Shown here: piece after piece, positions 27,601-39,215 of the stretch | How positions within the stretch are numbered: position 1 is the first letter of the stretch | Layout of the letters: each line of letters starts with the position of its first letter | From: Phaeosaccion multiseriatum | Lineage: Eukaryota; Protista; Ochrophyta, other classes | Reading direction: 5' to 3' | DNA: 64,000 nucleotides | Assembly (NCBI GenBank): GCA_965112735.1 | Contig: OZ218950.1 | Location: forward strand, 3,038,001 to 3,102,000 | Made by a program: the position numbers and the translations under genes | Notes under the pieces: model-generated | Told to the model about the DNA's origin: nothing | The model's database searches: none | The model's input: only the letters and a program-made list of their open reading frames with translations

Positions 27601-30600
27601 CAAACACGATTATGCCCACAAAGAAGTACCAAAAGGCGTTCTTCGAGGCGTTAGCATCGGGTTCGTAGTCCACTCCCTCGGTGCTCATGGCGTTGATGAG
27701 GACGTCGACCCATCCATCAAGGGTGCTGGCGATGAACATGCTTACCATCGAGGACCACGCGTTGTCAAAGTTGTACAGCTTGAGGATGGGAAGGGGGGAG
27801 GAAGGGAGGGAGGCAACGAGTGAGAGGATAAGAGGCAATGCATCAAGACCTTCTGTCCCCTCCCTTTTCACACGCCCGACCTGCACGCGCACACACACGC
27901 ACGCACTTACCGTGTTAGTCCATGTGCCTGTGTACGTGGTGACGCTCCCGTCCTCCGCCTCCCACTCGCCCGAGCACGGAGGGGAGGTGTCCGTGCCGTA
28001 GCGGTAGCTGCCCGGCAGGAAGTCATCATTGCCTTCGCAGTGATAGAATTTACCTTTGAACAGCTCCATGCCCACCTTCAGCGGATAGAGTGGATGGGTG
28101 ATTGGTTGGTACTCAGTAAGGCACTCGAGCGAAGGGTGTTGGACAGACCCTCCCTCCAAAGCAAGACAGGAGCAGGACAGAAGAAGCGCACCACACATAC
28201 ATGCATGGTGGTGTGGGATAGCCAATACGACCAAGAGCATGGTGGTGTGGGATAGCCAATACGACCAAGAGCATGGTGGTGTGGGATAGCCAATACGACC
28301 AAGAGCATGGTGGTGTGGGATAGCCAATACGACCAAGAGCATGGTGGTGTGGGATAGCCAATACGACCAAGAACATGGTGGTGTGGGATAGCCAATACGA
28401 CCAAGAGCATGGTGGTGTGGGATAGCCAATACGACCAAGAGCATGGTGGTGTGGGATAGCCAATACGACCAAGAGCATGGTGGTGTGGGATAGCCAATAC
28501 GACCAAGAACATGGTGGTGTGGGATAGCCAATACGACCAAGAGCATGGTGGTGTGGGATAGCTAAAACGACCAAGAGCATGGTGGTGTGGGATAGCCAAT
28601 ACGACCAAGAACATGGTGGTGTGGGATAGCCAATACAACCAAGAGCATGGTGGTGTGGGATAGCCAATACGACCAAGAGCATGGTGGTGTGGGATAGCTA
28701 AAACGACCAAGAGCATGGTGGTGTGGGATAGCTAAACACCGAAGAGCAATCCTCGTTTGCCGTCATATGTGCGGCGAGCTCTTCTCATAGGCGCCCATCA
28801 GAGACTGATTGAAGCAGAGAAAGGCAACCAACCGACCAACCCACCAGCCAGCCAACAGTAGATCACTTACGATGCTGTAGGCGAAGAAGATGGTTCCAAT
28901 GAGCATTGCCAGTGTAGCACAGCTCCGAATGCTGTCGTACAGAGCGAGGATGAGTAGCTGCAGACCCTCCACTCGATGGAGCAGTCGCAGCGGCTGCAGC
29001 GATCGCAACACCACGAGTGTCTGACCGTACCCGCGCCACCCCTCATCATCGTCACTATCGGCACCACCGTCACTCGAGAAGGCCTTGTGCTCTTGTATTC
29101 GGTAGAGGACCTGGAGGGCGCCGCATATGGCAATGAACATGTCCAGCATGTGCCACGGGTCTCGCAGGTAGGCTCCAGGGGCGGCCCACCACGAGAGAGC
29201 GGTCACACGCAACCACACCTCGGCTACAAACACGCCAGCCAAGGCGGAATCCAGCACGATGAGTGGCGAGGCGAAGGGGTCTGTGTCACTGCTACTGCTG
29301 GTGCTACTGCTGGTGCTGGTGCTGGTGCTGGTGCTGGTGCTGGTGCTGGTGCTGGTGTTGGTTGTATCGTACGATGCGCCAACTATGAGCGCCATGCAGA
29401 GGCACTGCACGATAATCACCGCCACCATCCCGTGCTCGAACCAGGCGCTGCGGAGGAGAGGCACAAAGCCGCAGGAGTGGCGCCAACACGACTGTCTGAG
29501 CCGCATCTCCCACTCCATCGCGGTGCACCGTTTGCCAAACACTCGGTCCAAGAACGCCCACCAGGGTGTGTGATTGGCGCTGTCCATGGCACTGAAGAGG
29601 GCGATGAGCTCTCCTGGCTGCCGCTCCTGGGCCTTACGTTGCCGCTGCTCGGCGTCCAGGGCTTTGGCTGAGGAGAGAGGTAGAGGGAAAGGGGAAAGGG
29701 GGAGGGGGGAGGGGGGAGGGGGGAGGAGGGAGGGGGAAGGGGGAAGGGGGAAGGGGGGAACGGGGAAAGGGAAAGGGAAAGGGGGAGGAGGAGGAGGAGG
29801 AGGAGGAGGAGGAGGAGGAGGAGGAGGAGGAGGAGGAGGAGGAGGAGGAGGAGGAGGAGGAGGAGGAGGAGGAGGAGGAAGGGGACGATATATCAGAGAG
29901 CCACACGCACACACACACACATACAGGCACACACACAAAGATGCACACGCGCACACATACCCGCATACACACACGCACAAACATGACATACATAACATAC
30001 CTGCGGCTACCCGATCACTTCTCTCCGACTGAAGCGCGCCCGAGCTCCTCCTCCTCTGCGCAGCCGCCCACCCCACCACCGCATCCTTTGCTCTCCCTGC
30101 CACCGCCCCTCCGAGGGAGGCTCTCCGTCCTTGGCCCGGGCTGACGCTGCGCCCCCCCCCCCCCTCCGCCGCCGCCGCTTCAAAGGCAAGAAGTGCCACC
30201 GAATCTCTCCTTGCGCCGCTGTTGGACATGCCAACCCCGGCGCCGACGCTGGCGATGCGCGACAAAGAGCCGGGGCTTCTACTCGGACTGCGACTGTGAT
30301 TGTCGCCGCCACATAGGCTGCCTCTGCTTTGGTCGCCTCTACTCAGGCCACTTAGGCTGCTTCTTCTTTGACTGAGCTGGCGTGGAGGTGGAGAAGCAGA
30401 GCGCCCTCCCGCCCCCCACCCACTTCCGGCACCTGCCGCTGGGGACGGAAAGGAGGAAGGTCTCAAGAGCTGCTGTGACGACGGTGACAAAAATGGCACA
30501 GCTGCAGCTACTGCTGCCTCGCCCCCGGGAGATGCGTAGAGGTCCAGCCTGGGGCTACTCCCTCGCCTCCTTCCTCGGCCGGTACTCGCGCCCGTTCCCT

Positions 30601-31496
30601 CCCCGCCCCCTTCTCCCCCTCCTTCTCCTCTTGCTCTTCCTCTTCCTCCTCCTCCTCCTCCCCCTCCATCACCGCCTGTACTGTTCCGCCTGTCCCTACT
30701 TCTACCCCTGCCATTCGGAGAGCTGCCCGCCTCCTCCCTCAGTCTCAGCTGTTTGTGCTCCTCGCCTTTTGCTTCTTGATCGCGGTCGGCCTTACTGCTG
30801 CTGAGACCCTTGAGACTCCTCCTGCGGCCCTTGCTCTGGCTGACCCTGCGCCTGCCCCTGCCCTTGCTGCCGCTACATACCTTCCACTTCCACAGCGCTA
30901 GCCGCAGGAAGTGCCGCCTCTTGATCCGGAGCATGTTGTCTTTGAATTGCTGAGCTGCGTATCGCTCCTGCAGAGAGAGAGAGGGAGAGAGGGGGGGGGG
31001 GGGGAGGGAGGAAGAGGGAGGGAGAAGCAGAGACATATGCGTATGGGAAAGGGGTGGGGGAGTGAAGGGTATTACATCACATACACATCACGCAGCTCTA
31101 TTCAGGCGAGGGAAGGTGTTCTTAGGGGCTGAGACAGGTGAAGAATGGGGTACAGAGTGAGGTACTCGGCTCGGCGGGGTGTGGCATCAGGGTCAAGGGC
31201 AGCAGTACTAGCGATATGCACACCCCTCGCACACACACAACACACACATGCACACATACACACACATACACACACGCACACATGCATACACACATGCACA
31301 CACATATACCGCACCTGTGTCTGATCGCTGGCCCCCTCAAGCACGATGGCGAGCACGAGATTGAGCAACACGAACTGACCAAGCAAGATAAGCACGACAA
31401 AGTACGTGCTGGAGAGGGTAGACTTCGTCACACTCATGGTGTGGAACATGATGGCGTTCCAATTCTCGCCAGTCAAGCAGAAGAACACCTGAAGGG

Positions 31497-31531
<35 letters not shown>

Positions 31532-34500
31532 GAGGAGGAGGAGGAGGAGGAGGAGGAGGAGGAGGAGGAGGAGGAGGAGGAGGAGGAGGAGGAGGAGGAG
31601 GAGGAAGAGAGAGGAGGAGGAAGAGAGAGGAGGAGGATCCTATCAGCGGGTGTCCTGTGAGCGATCGAGTGAGCGCCCCCCCTACCTGCATAAAGGCCCA
31701 CAAGAAGGAGTCGAAGCGATAGTAGTCCTTGTTGTCGTCGTCGATAAGGTCGGTGGCAGGGATGGCCTGCTGCCACTTGGCGGGGTCCGTGGCGTGCCCG
31801 AAGAGGAGCTTGCCCAGTATGGAGAAGAGATACATGAACATCAGCATCAGCATCAGGATGGGCCACATGTCTCTCGCAGAGCGGTTCACCACGCCTGTGT
31901 GGGTGAGGGAGGGAGGGAGGGAGGGGAGGGAGGGGAGGGAGGGAGGGAGGGAGGGAGGGAGGGAGGGAGGGAGGGAGGGAGGGAGGGAGGGAGGGAGGGA
32001 GGGAGGGAGGGAGGGAGGGAGGGAGGGAGGGAGGGAGGGAGGGAGGGAGGGAGGGAGGGAGGGAGGGAGGGAGGGAGGGAGGGAGGGAGGGAGGGAGGGA
32101 GGGAGGGAGGGAGGGAGGGAGGGAGGGAGGGAGGGAGGGAGGGAGGGAGGGAGGGAGGGAGGGAGGGAGGGAGGGAGGGAGGGAGGGAGGGAGGGAGGGA
32201 GGGAGGGAGGGAGGGAGGGAGGGAGGGAGGGAGGGAGGGAGGGAGGGAGGGAGGGAGGGAGGGAGGGAGGGAGGGAGGGAGGGAGGGAGGGAGGGAGGGA
32301 GGGAGGGAGGGAGGGAGGGAGGGAGGGAGGGAGGGAGGGAGGGAGGGAGGGAGGGAGGGAGGGAGGGAGGGAGGGAGGGAGGGAGGGAGGGAGGGAGGGA
32401 GGGAGGGAGGGAGGGAGGGAGGGAGGGAGGGAGGGAGGGAGGGAGGGAGGGAGGGAGGGAGGGAGGGAGGGAGGGAGGGAGGGAGGGAGGGAGGGAGGGA
32501 GGGAGGGAGGGAGGGAGGGAGGGAGGGAGGGAGGGAGGGAGGGAGGGAGGGAGGGAGGGAGGGAGGGAGGGAGGGAGGGAGGGAGGGAGGGAGGGAGGGA
32601 GGGAGGGAGGGAGGGAGGGAGGGAGGGAGGGAGGGAGGGAGGGAGGGAGGGAGGGAGGGAGGGAGGGAGGGAGGGAGGGAGGGAGGGAGGGAGGGAGGGA
32701 GGGAGGGAGGGAGGGAGGGAGGGAGGGAGGGAGGGAGGGAGGGAGGGAGGGAGGGAGGGAGGGAGGGAGGGAGGGAGGGAGGGAGGGAGGGAGGGAGGGA
32801 GGGAGGGAGGAAGGGAGGGAGGGAGGGAGGGACTGAGTCATATCATGGATCATACCGGCTCGGTAGTCACATCATTTGCTTATGTCTTCCGAATATACGT
32901 GAGTGAGTGGGTGAGTGGGTGAGCGAGTGAGTGAATGAGTGAGTGAGTGAGTGCGTTCGTTCGTGGAGTGAGTGAGTGAATGAGTGAGTGAGGAGCTTAG
33001 ACAGTCACTTACCTATGATCGTAGTCAGCGTCTTGGCCATACGCCCCGTCCGAAGCACGCGCACAAGCCGAAGAAGGCGGACAATGCGCAGCGAGGTCAA
33101 CGTGGAGCCCGTCGTCCCTGCCTCATCCCCCAACACGCCCCCCGGGGACACACTTGCCCAGACAAGCAGGGTGAGCTCCCCCACGCTCACCATACACACG
33201 ACAAAGTCGAAGAGGTTGAGCTTGGAGGCGAAGTACTGACGCGTGCCGAGGACACGTATCTTGACCACCATCTCCACAAGGAAGACGGAGGTGAGGCACA
33301 GCGTGAGGATGGTAATGGCCCGGCCCAGGGAGTCGGAGATGCCGTGCCCACCGCAGGCCAGCACCACTATGTTGAGCAAGATGCACACGTGAATGAAGCG
33401 GCAGAAGGGGGACAAGTCGCTCGAGACAAAGGCCTTGAGGCGACGATTGGAGCTCCCTTCCACCGCCCGAGTCTTCGCCCTCCCGAACCTCTCCCGGAGG
33501 CTTCTCACGGCGGGAAGAGCCATGAACCGACCACACCAGCCCCTCCACCCTCCCTTGTCGACCTTGTCACCGCACTGCTCCTGTGTGGCTCCGAATTCCG
33601 TGGCCGGCGCGGCGAGCATATCCTGTGCCTTTCTTTGGGCGGCTCCGATGCCCCCCCTCACTTCCTTGAGCCTATCCACAACGCTCTCGCGTACCTTGGC
33701 AAGGGAGTCTCTACGGCCCCTACCGCGGGTGGGGCGTTGTGTGCTGTACAAGCCCTGGTGGTGTGGTGGTGGTGTTGTTGTTGTCAGGCAAGTGAGTGAT
33801 GAAGAGAAAGAGAGAGACAGACGGAGGGGAGGCGAGGCAGTCAATGCCGACACTAACGTTCTGTCCCCTCCCCCTTCTCCTCCTCCTCCCCCCCCCCCTC
33901 CTCCTCCTCCTCCTCCTCCCCCTTCTCCTCCTCCTCCCCCTCCTCCTCCTCCTCCTCCTCCCCCTCCTCCTCCTCCTCCTCCTCCTCCTCCTCCTCCTCC
34001 TCCTCCCCTTCCTCCCTCTCCCCTTCCCCTCCCCTCCCCCTCCTCCTCTCCCTCCCCCCCCTCCCTCCCCCTCCCTCCTCCCCAAACCCCCTTACCTTAA
34101 CGTCACCCTGTCTTAGCGCCCTGAGCCGCTTGGCAATGGACACTTTCTTAAACTCCAGCAAGATGGCCGCAATCACCAAGTTCACCACCACATAGGACCC
34201 AGTCACAATGAGCACGAGGAAGAACCAGAAAGTGGCGCTGCTGGTGACTCTCTGAGTGAGGTCCATGACTCCTTGCCAGCCCTCTAAGGTGGTGACTGTG
34301 AACAGGGTGAGCATGCTCCAGCCCATGGTGTCGAAGCTCACCTGTTTAGTGGGTTTGGTTTGGTTTGGTTTGGTGTGTTTTGTGGTGTTGAGGTTTGGGT
34401 TGGGTTCGGCTTGGTTCGGCTTTCGTGTGGTTGTTGTCAAGCAAGCAAGAAGAAGAAGCAGCAAAACGCAACTCACGCAAGCAAGCAAGCAATTCATCCA

Positions 34501-35992
34501 AGCAAACAAGCAAGAAAAAAAGGAAGCACACGCATCAAAGCAAGCAAATAAGAAGCAACAAAGCAAAGCAACAAACCTATTACCTCCTCGATACACACAC
34601 CAACACGAAACGAAGTGAGCAAACTTGCCTTGTTTTGGGAGGGGTTCTCGCCTGTGAACTGGCAGGAGGTATAACCGTCGGTCCGGTCAGCGCAGGTGTA
34701 TGGGTCATCCACACGCCCCACCGCTCGACAGAAGGGGCCGCTGTCTTCGTAGATCGGGAGGCAGATTTGCTGACGTATGAGAGAGCGAGAGAGAGAGTGT
34801 TGGTTGCGGGGTCAGGGGCGTGAACAAAACAACCATACGTGAGTGAGTGGGTGGGTGGATGGGTGGGTGCGTAGCTGTGATGGCGCGTGGGTGCGTGGAT
34901 GGTCGGTCACCTCTGCCTCTTACCCGCTGCTGACGACTTCCCTCCCTCCCGCCCTCCCCATCTGTCTGCCTGCCTGCTTGCCTCTATGCCTGCCTCTATG
35001 TCCCTCACCTCTTCCAGGTAGTCTGTATCTTGGAGGCGGCGCTGCCCTGAAACTGTAGAGCTCTCCTCGGATCCCATCACTGCTCCCCCGTCCCCTCTTT
35101 TGTCCTTGTCGTCACTGTTGGCTGTGTAGAACCCCTCTGTGCCCTCGAGAGGAAGCTCTCCTGCAAAGCGTCCGTCTGTCCATTCCTCCCTCCCCCCTGG
35201 ATGACGTCCCCACTGCTGCAGTCCCCACTGCTGCCCTTGTGTGGTCTCCTCCAAGTCCCATCTCAAAGATGGCTCCATCCTGCTGCTACTGGATTCCAAG
35301 TCCCGCAGCAGTAGACCGAGCCCTTCCGCTCTCGCCACCCCTCCGCCGTCGACCTCAGAAGAAGAAGAGGACGAGGACGACGTGAGGGAGCAGCGATAGG
35401 CGAGCATGCCCTTCCATAGAGACACAGCCATGATGCTGAAGATACTAAGATACATTACGAAGATGCACACGATGGTGCCCAGCGTTCGAGTGGCGTGGGA
35501 CAGTGACGAGACGACGAGCTGCAGCCGAGGGAAATGTTGCACACACCGTGCCGGTCGGAGACTCTGAGGGGAAGAGGGAGATGCGCACGCACGCACGCAC
35601 GACGACGAGAGCAGAAGGGGTGAGGGGTTCCGCACAGCAGCAGCGCATTGGCAAGCCAACAAGGAGCGCAAGCAAGGCAGCAAGACAGCAAACAACAACA
35701 CAAGAACAGTGCAAACCACGCAAGATGCAAGCAAATCAATCTACTCACGCACCTGCGCCACTCGCAGAAGCTTGTTGGAGCGCAGTTCGGGACGCGTTAA
35801 GCGTATCCAGCCCTCCATGACCACCGCTGCATCCAGCCAGTTGGCGGGGTCATGCAAGTAACCCACGGGGCCGTAACCAAGGGCCTTGAGGAGCAGCTCC
35901 AGCGTGAAGGAGGCAGTCAGGCCGCAGTCTAATGGGTATCTGTGTGTGTATGTGTGTGTATGTGTGTGTGTATGTATGTATGTGTGTGTGTG

Positions 35993-36045
<53 letters not shown>

Positions 36046-36999
36046 GGAGAGGGGAGAGAGGGGGGGGGATGGGGCACAATGGATGAGATGGTGTTCATGC
36101 TCTTGCTCCCTCCTTCGCTTCTCGGTACCCTGCCCTGCTGCTGCTTACCTCCAAGCAGGCTCCTCTTTGTCTAAGTCGGGGTTCTCCATAGCGATGACCA
36201 CGCAGTTGAGGATAATCAGCAGGAGAATGAGTCTGGATGAGGAGGAAGAGGAGGAAGAGGAGGAAGAGGAGGAGGCGAGGAGGGGGGGGGGGCAGGGGGT
36301 TGGTCCAGCTATCCATGTGTGTGGTGGTGCTGCAGAAGAGGAAGCCAACCGCAGTACGCGGACTGTTTATGTGGAGGTATCGCACCTTTGGACCTGCTGG
36401 TTATCAATAATGTGGCGTGCCTTCTTTCCGAGCCTGGTTCGTGCCAATAGCTCTGATGCTCTGGACATGGACGAGCAGCACCTCTTGAGCCCTGAGTTAC
36501 TCTTTGCCGCCCTCTTCTTCGTCCTCGAGGTTGTTGTGAGCAAGAACCTCCGTGTGGTGCTCGTCCCCCTCCGCCAAGTAGAGGAGACGGACCAGCCGTT
36601 GCTGCTGCTGTAGCCAGGGCCTGAACCTCTTTCTGTTGGAGCGGCGGCTTGGTCTGGACTAATGTTGGAGATCCTTCGGTCGAGTTCCTCCTCAAAATCT
36701 CCACAACCACCCCCACCTGTCTCTCGGTGTCCATGTTCCTCCTCCCCATCACCGGTCTGCCATTCGTTGTCCTTCCTCCACGCGGATCGCCAGTTAGGCC
36801 GGCTGCGACGCCCTCCTCTCTTCCTCGTCCCACCATCTCTCCCTCCCCCCCTGGCGGCTGCGGTGGCTTCTTCTGCTTGTGCGACTCCCTCCTTCTCCTC
36901 TTCGCTTGAGCTGCAATCGTCGTCAAAGTCATCAAACGAGGCGATCGGAGGGCGTTTCGACCTGCCAAGGCGGGACCTCCCTCTGAAGGTGTGCATCAT
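23690..36999 (-). CDS. Four-domain voltage-gated cation channel alpha subunit (Cav/Nav-like)
   Basis: Four S1-S6 repeats. P-loops TTLEGW (34282), LTGENW (31465), STLDGW (27716), ATGEGW (25861). S6 motifs VNLVIAAI, LNLVLAIV, TNLFIGVM, TNLFVMVI. S4 LRIVRLLRLVRVLR and LRLLKALRVFRILR. C-terminal EF-like WAVFDPEGLG and an IQ-like basic helix. Confidence 0.95.
26113..26188. repeat. 13-bp tandem repeat (CCTGGCTGACAGT), ~5-6 imperfect copies, intronic
   Basis: Directly visible inside a channel-gene intron. Confidence 0.85.
27165..27395. repeat. (CACT)n microsatellite, i.e. (GTGA)n on the sense strand of the channel gene
   Basis: Directly visible, ~55 units, intronic. Confidence 0.95.
28203..28745. 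repeat. 34-bp minisatellite (GCATGGTGGTGTGGGATAGCCAATACGACCAAGA), 16 copies, intronic
   Basis: Head-to-tail units starting at 28203 with unit 16 at 28713. No spacers. A few variants (GCTAAA, AACATG) and a degenerate last unit. Confidence 0.97.
31907..32832. repeat. (GGGA)n tract, ~925 bp, intronic
   Basis: Near-perfect tetranucleotide run abutting the 3' splice site (CAG at 31895-31897) of a minus-strand exon. Confidence 0.97.
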
Positions 37000-37488
37000 G
37001 CTACGTGATCCTCTGGGGACGTTCGTAAGGATCCGCGCTCGTCATCGCGGCTCCTCCCTGACCAGCCCATCACCTCTGTGTCCATTGTGACGAATCGGCC
37101 ACCCCTTCTCTAGATCTCTTTTTGTTTGCTGCTCGTCCTGCATTGCATACGGCTACCGCAGTTCGCTCTAGTGTGGCTTCGTTTGTTGCTACTGCTCCTT
37201 CCTATAGCCCTAAGCTGTGGCTGCTTGCCACGGCGTAAGAACCCCTTGCTGCCGAAAGAACCCCCCCTGTGCCGTCCCTCTATTGAGTTTGCCGGGCGTC
37301 CTGTCTACTGCTGTTGTAGCTCGTTCAAGTCCCTGACATCCTTGGAACTACTACTACTACCTAATAGTTTTTGTGCTCTGATAACCCGGCCTTAACAACA
37401 AAAACCTTTTCTTCCTTTACATGCAGAGAAAACTGTGTCAATGAAAAAATGAAACGGTTTTTGGCGGGAGAGCAACCCATGGATGAGA

Positions 37489-37678
37489 TCGACCCTGGAC
37501 AAAGTTACAGTGTGCGCCGGCCATAATCAGTAATCAGGCTGGCTGGCGCCAACACTCAGTAATCAGGCCGGCTAGCGCCGGTCATAATCAGTAATCAGAC
37601 CCGGCTGGCGCCATAATCAGTAATCAGGCCGGCTGCGCCGGCCGTAATCAGTAATCAGACAACCTTGTCCAGGGCCGA
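37489..37678. mobile_element. MITE-like element A (190 bp)
   Basis: TIRs TCGACCCTGGACAAAGTT / AACCTTGTCCAGGGCCGA (16/18 match). Flanks ATGAGA / AGGAGA (5/6 TSD). The interior has 5 TAATCAG(TAATCAG) blocks alternating with GCCGGC/GGCGCC palindromes. Confidence 0.75.
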
Positions 37679-38017
37679 AGGAGAGGCAGTCAAGGCGCCA
37701 GATGATAAATGTATTTACACGTCAATAGTATTCCGCAATGCCAAATGCATCACGCGCGTCCTTCGCCTGGACCGCAAGGTTTATCCCCCCCCCCCCTCTG
37801 GTGCCTCTCTCTCCCTCACATGAGTCGCCCCATACCAAAGTCGAAAGCTGAGCGTGTGGGATGCGCACACCTCGCCGTCCTACATTGCCCTCACACATGC
37901 TCGCTCCGCTCCGTCTTGCCCTCTCTGCCCGCCTGCCGCCCCTCCACTCTCTCCAACCCCACTCTCTTCCCTCTTATCCTCTTCCTCCTCTTCTCCTCTC
38001 GGCGGCCGTCCGCCTCC

Positions 38018-39165
38018 CTAGCCCGCCTCCTCCACCCCTCCGCCACCCTCCTGCGCTTCGCTTCCTTCTTGTGTCTCGCTCAAGGTGTTCTCCTCGACGC
38101 GCCATAGACTGGCGCAGAAGAGCATAATCATCTTGCCCTTGACCTGATTGATGACACGGTTACGCGAACAATCAGAGCATTGCATGGGCCCAGGGCCACC
38201 AGTAGAAGCATGAAACATGCACAGACAAGACAAGAGGCAAGATGCGTGTGAGCTTCTCCTGTGATGCAACAGGTCAGTCACAGCGGGGGTCAAATGAAAG
38301 CGGGCAGAGGCACAGCTCTTGTGGAGAATGAGTGTAGTAGTGGTAGCACAGCTCTTCTGGAGAGTGAGTGACAGGTGCTGTCAATGGGGGCGCTTGGGCA
38401 ATGCATGCCGGATCATCTCCCCCTTCCTCCCCCCCCTCTCTCCCTCCCTCCCTCCCTCCCTCTCTTACGTCTACGATGTCCTCTGCGGCGAGGAAGACCA
38501 TGGCTCCAATCTTCCTGGCCACGCTCACAGCATACTTGGCGTTACCCAGCTTGTCCGCCTTGTCTGTGGCGTCCCGCACCACAAGGTCCCAGTTCACCAC
38601 CGACGGGTTGACGGCATGGCACACGCGCAGGAGGAACATGCCGTTCGACAGACTCCCGTCGCTACAGGTATACAGGAGAGGGAGGCGAAGGGCGGGGAGG
38701 GGGGAGGGTGTCAATAAGTGATTGTGCTGTCTCTGTCTGTCTGTCTGTCTGTCTGTCTGCCTTGCAAGAGAAAGAAGAAATTCCCCCCACGCTCGCCTTG
38801 CTTGCACGTTTGCTTACTTGAAGTTCCGGATCTGCTGTCCAGCCTTTTCGCACGCCCACTTGACGATCTCCGGGTCCGCTATTCTCTTGCCGTTCTTGCT
38901 GAGGCTCTGCAGGAGGTTGAGGGTGTGCCGTTGCATGACCTGTTGTGTAGGGGGCGCGATACCAGGGAAGGAAGGAAGGAAGGAAAGAGACGTATGAAGG
39001 AAGGGAAAGCAGGCCGAAGAAGCGACTCGAAACTCTTGCATTCCTCATTGTGTGTGTTTGTGTATCCTCCCCCCCCCATCCCTATCCCATCCCCATCTCC
39101 AGCCTCATCTCTGCTTGCTCCTCTGTGCCTTCCTTTCCGCTCTCGTGTACACAAACACACACTCT

Positions 39166-39215
<50 letters not shown>

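Noticed and set aside
27446-28716. Repeat proteins MLLVVLAIPHHH...
   Set aside because: Stop-free reading of the 34-bp minisatellite inside an intron of the channel gene.
28203-28745. CRISPR-like array (34-bp repeats)
   Set aside because: Units are contiguous with no unique spacers, there are no cas genes, and the array lies in a eukaryotic intron.
31102-32922. Long ORFs of 583, 418 and 397 aa (SLPP/GGRE repeats)
   Set aside because: Translations of the (GGGA)n intronic tract; the real exons flank it with canonical splice sites.
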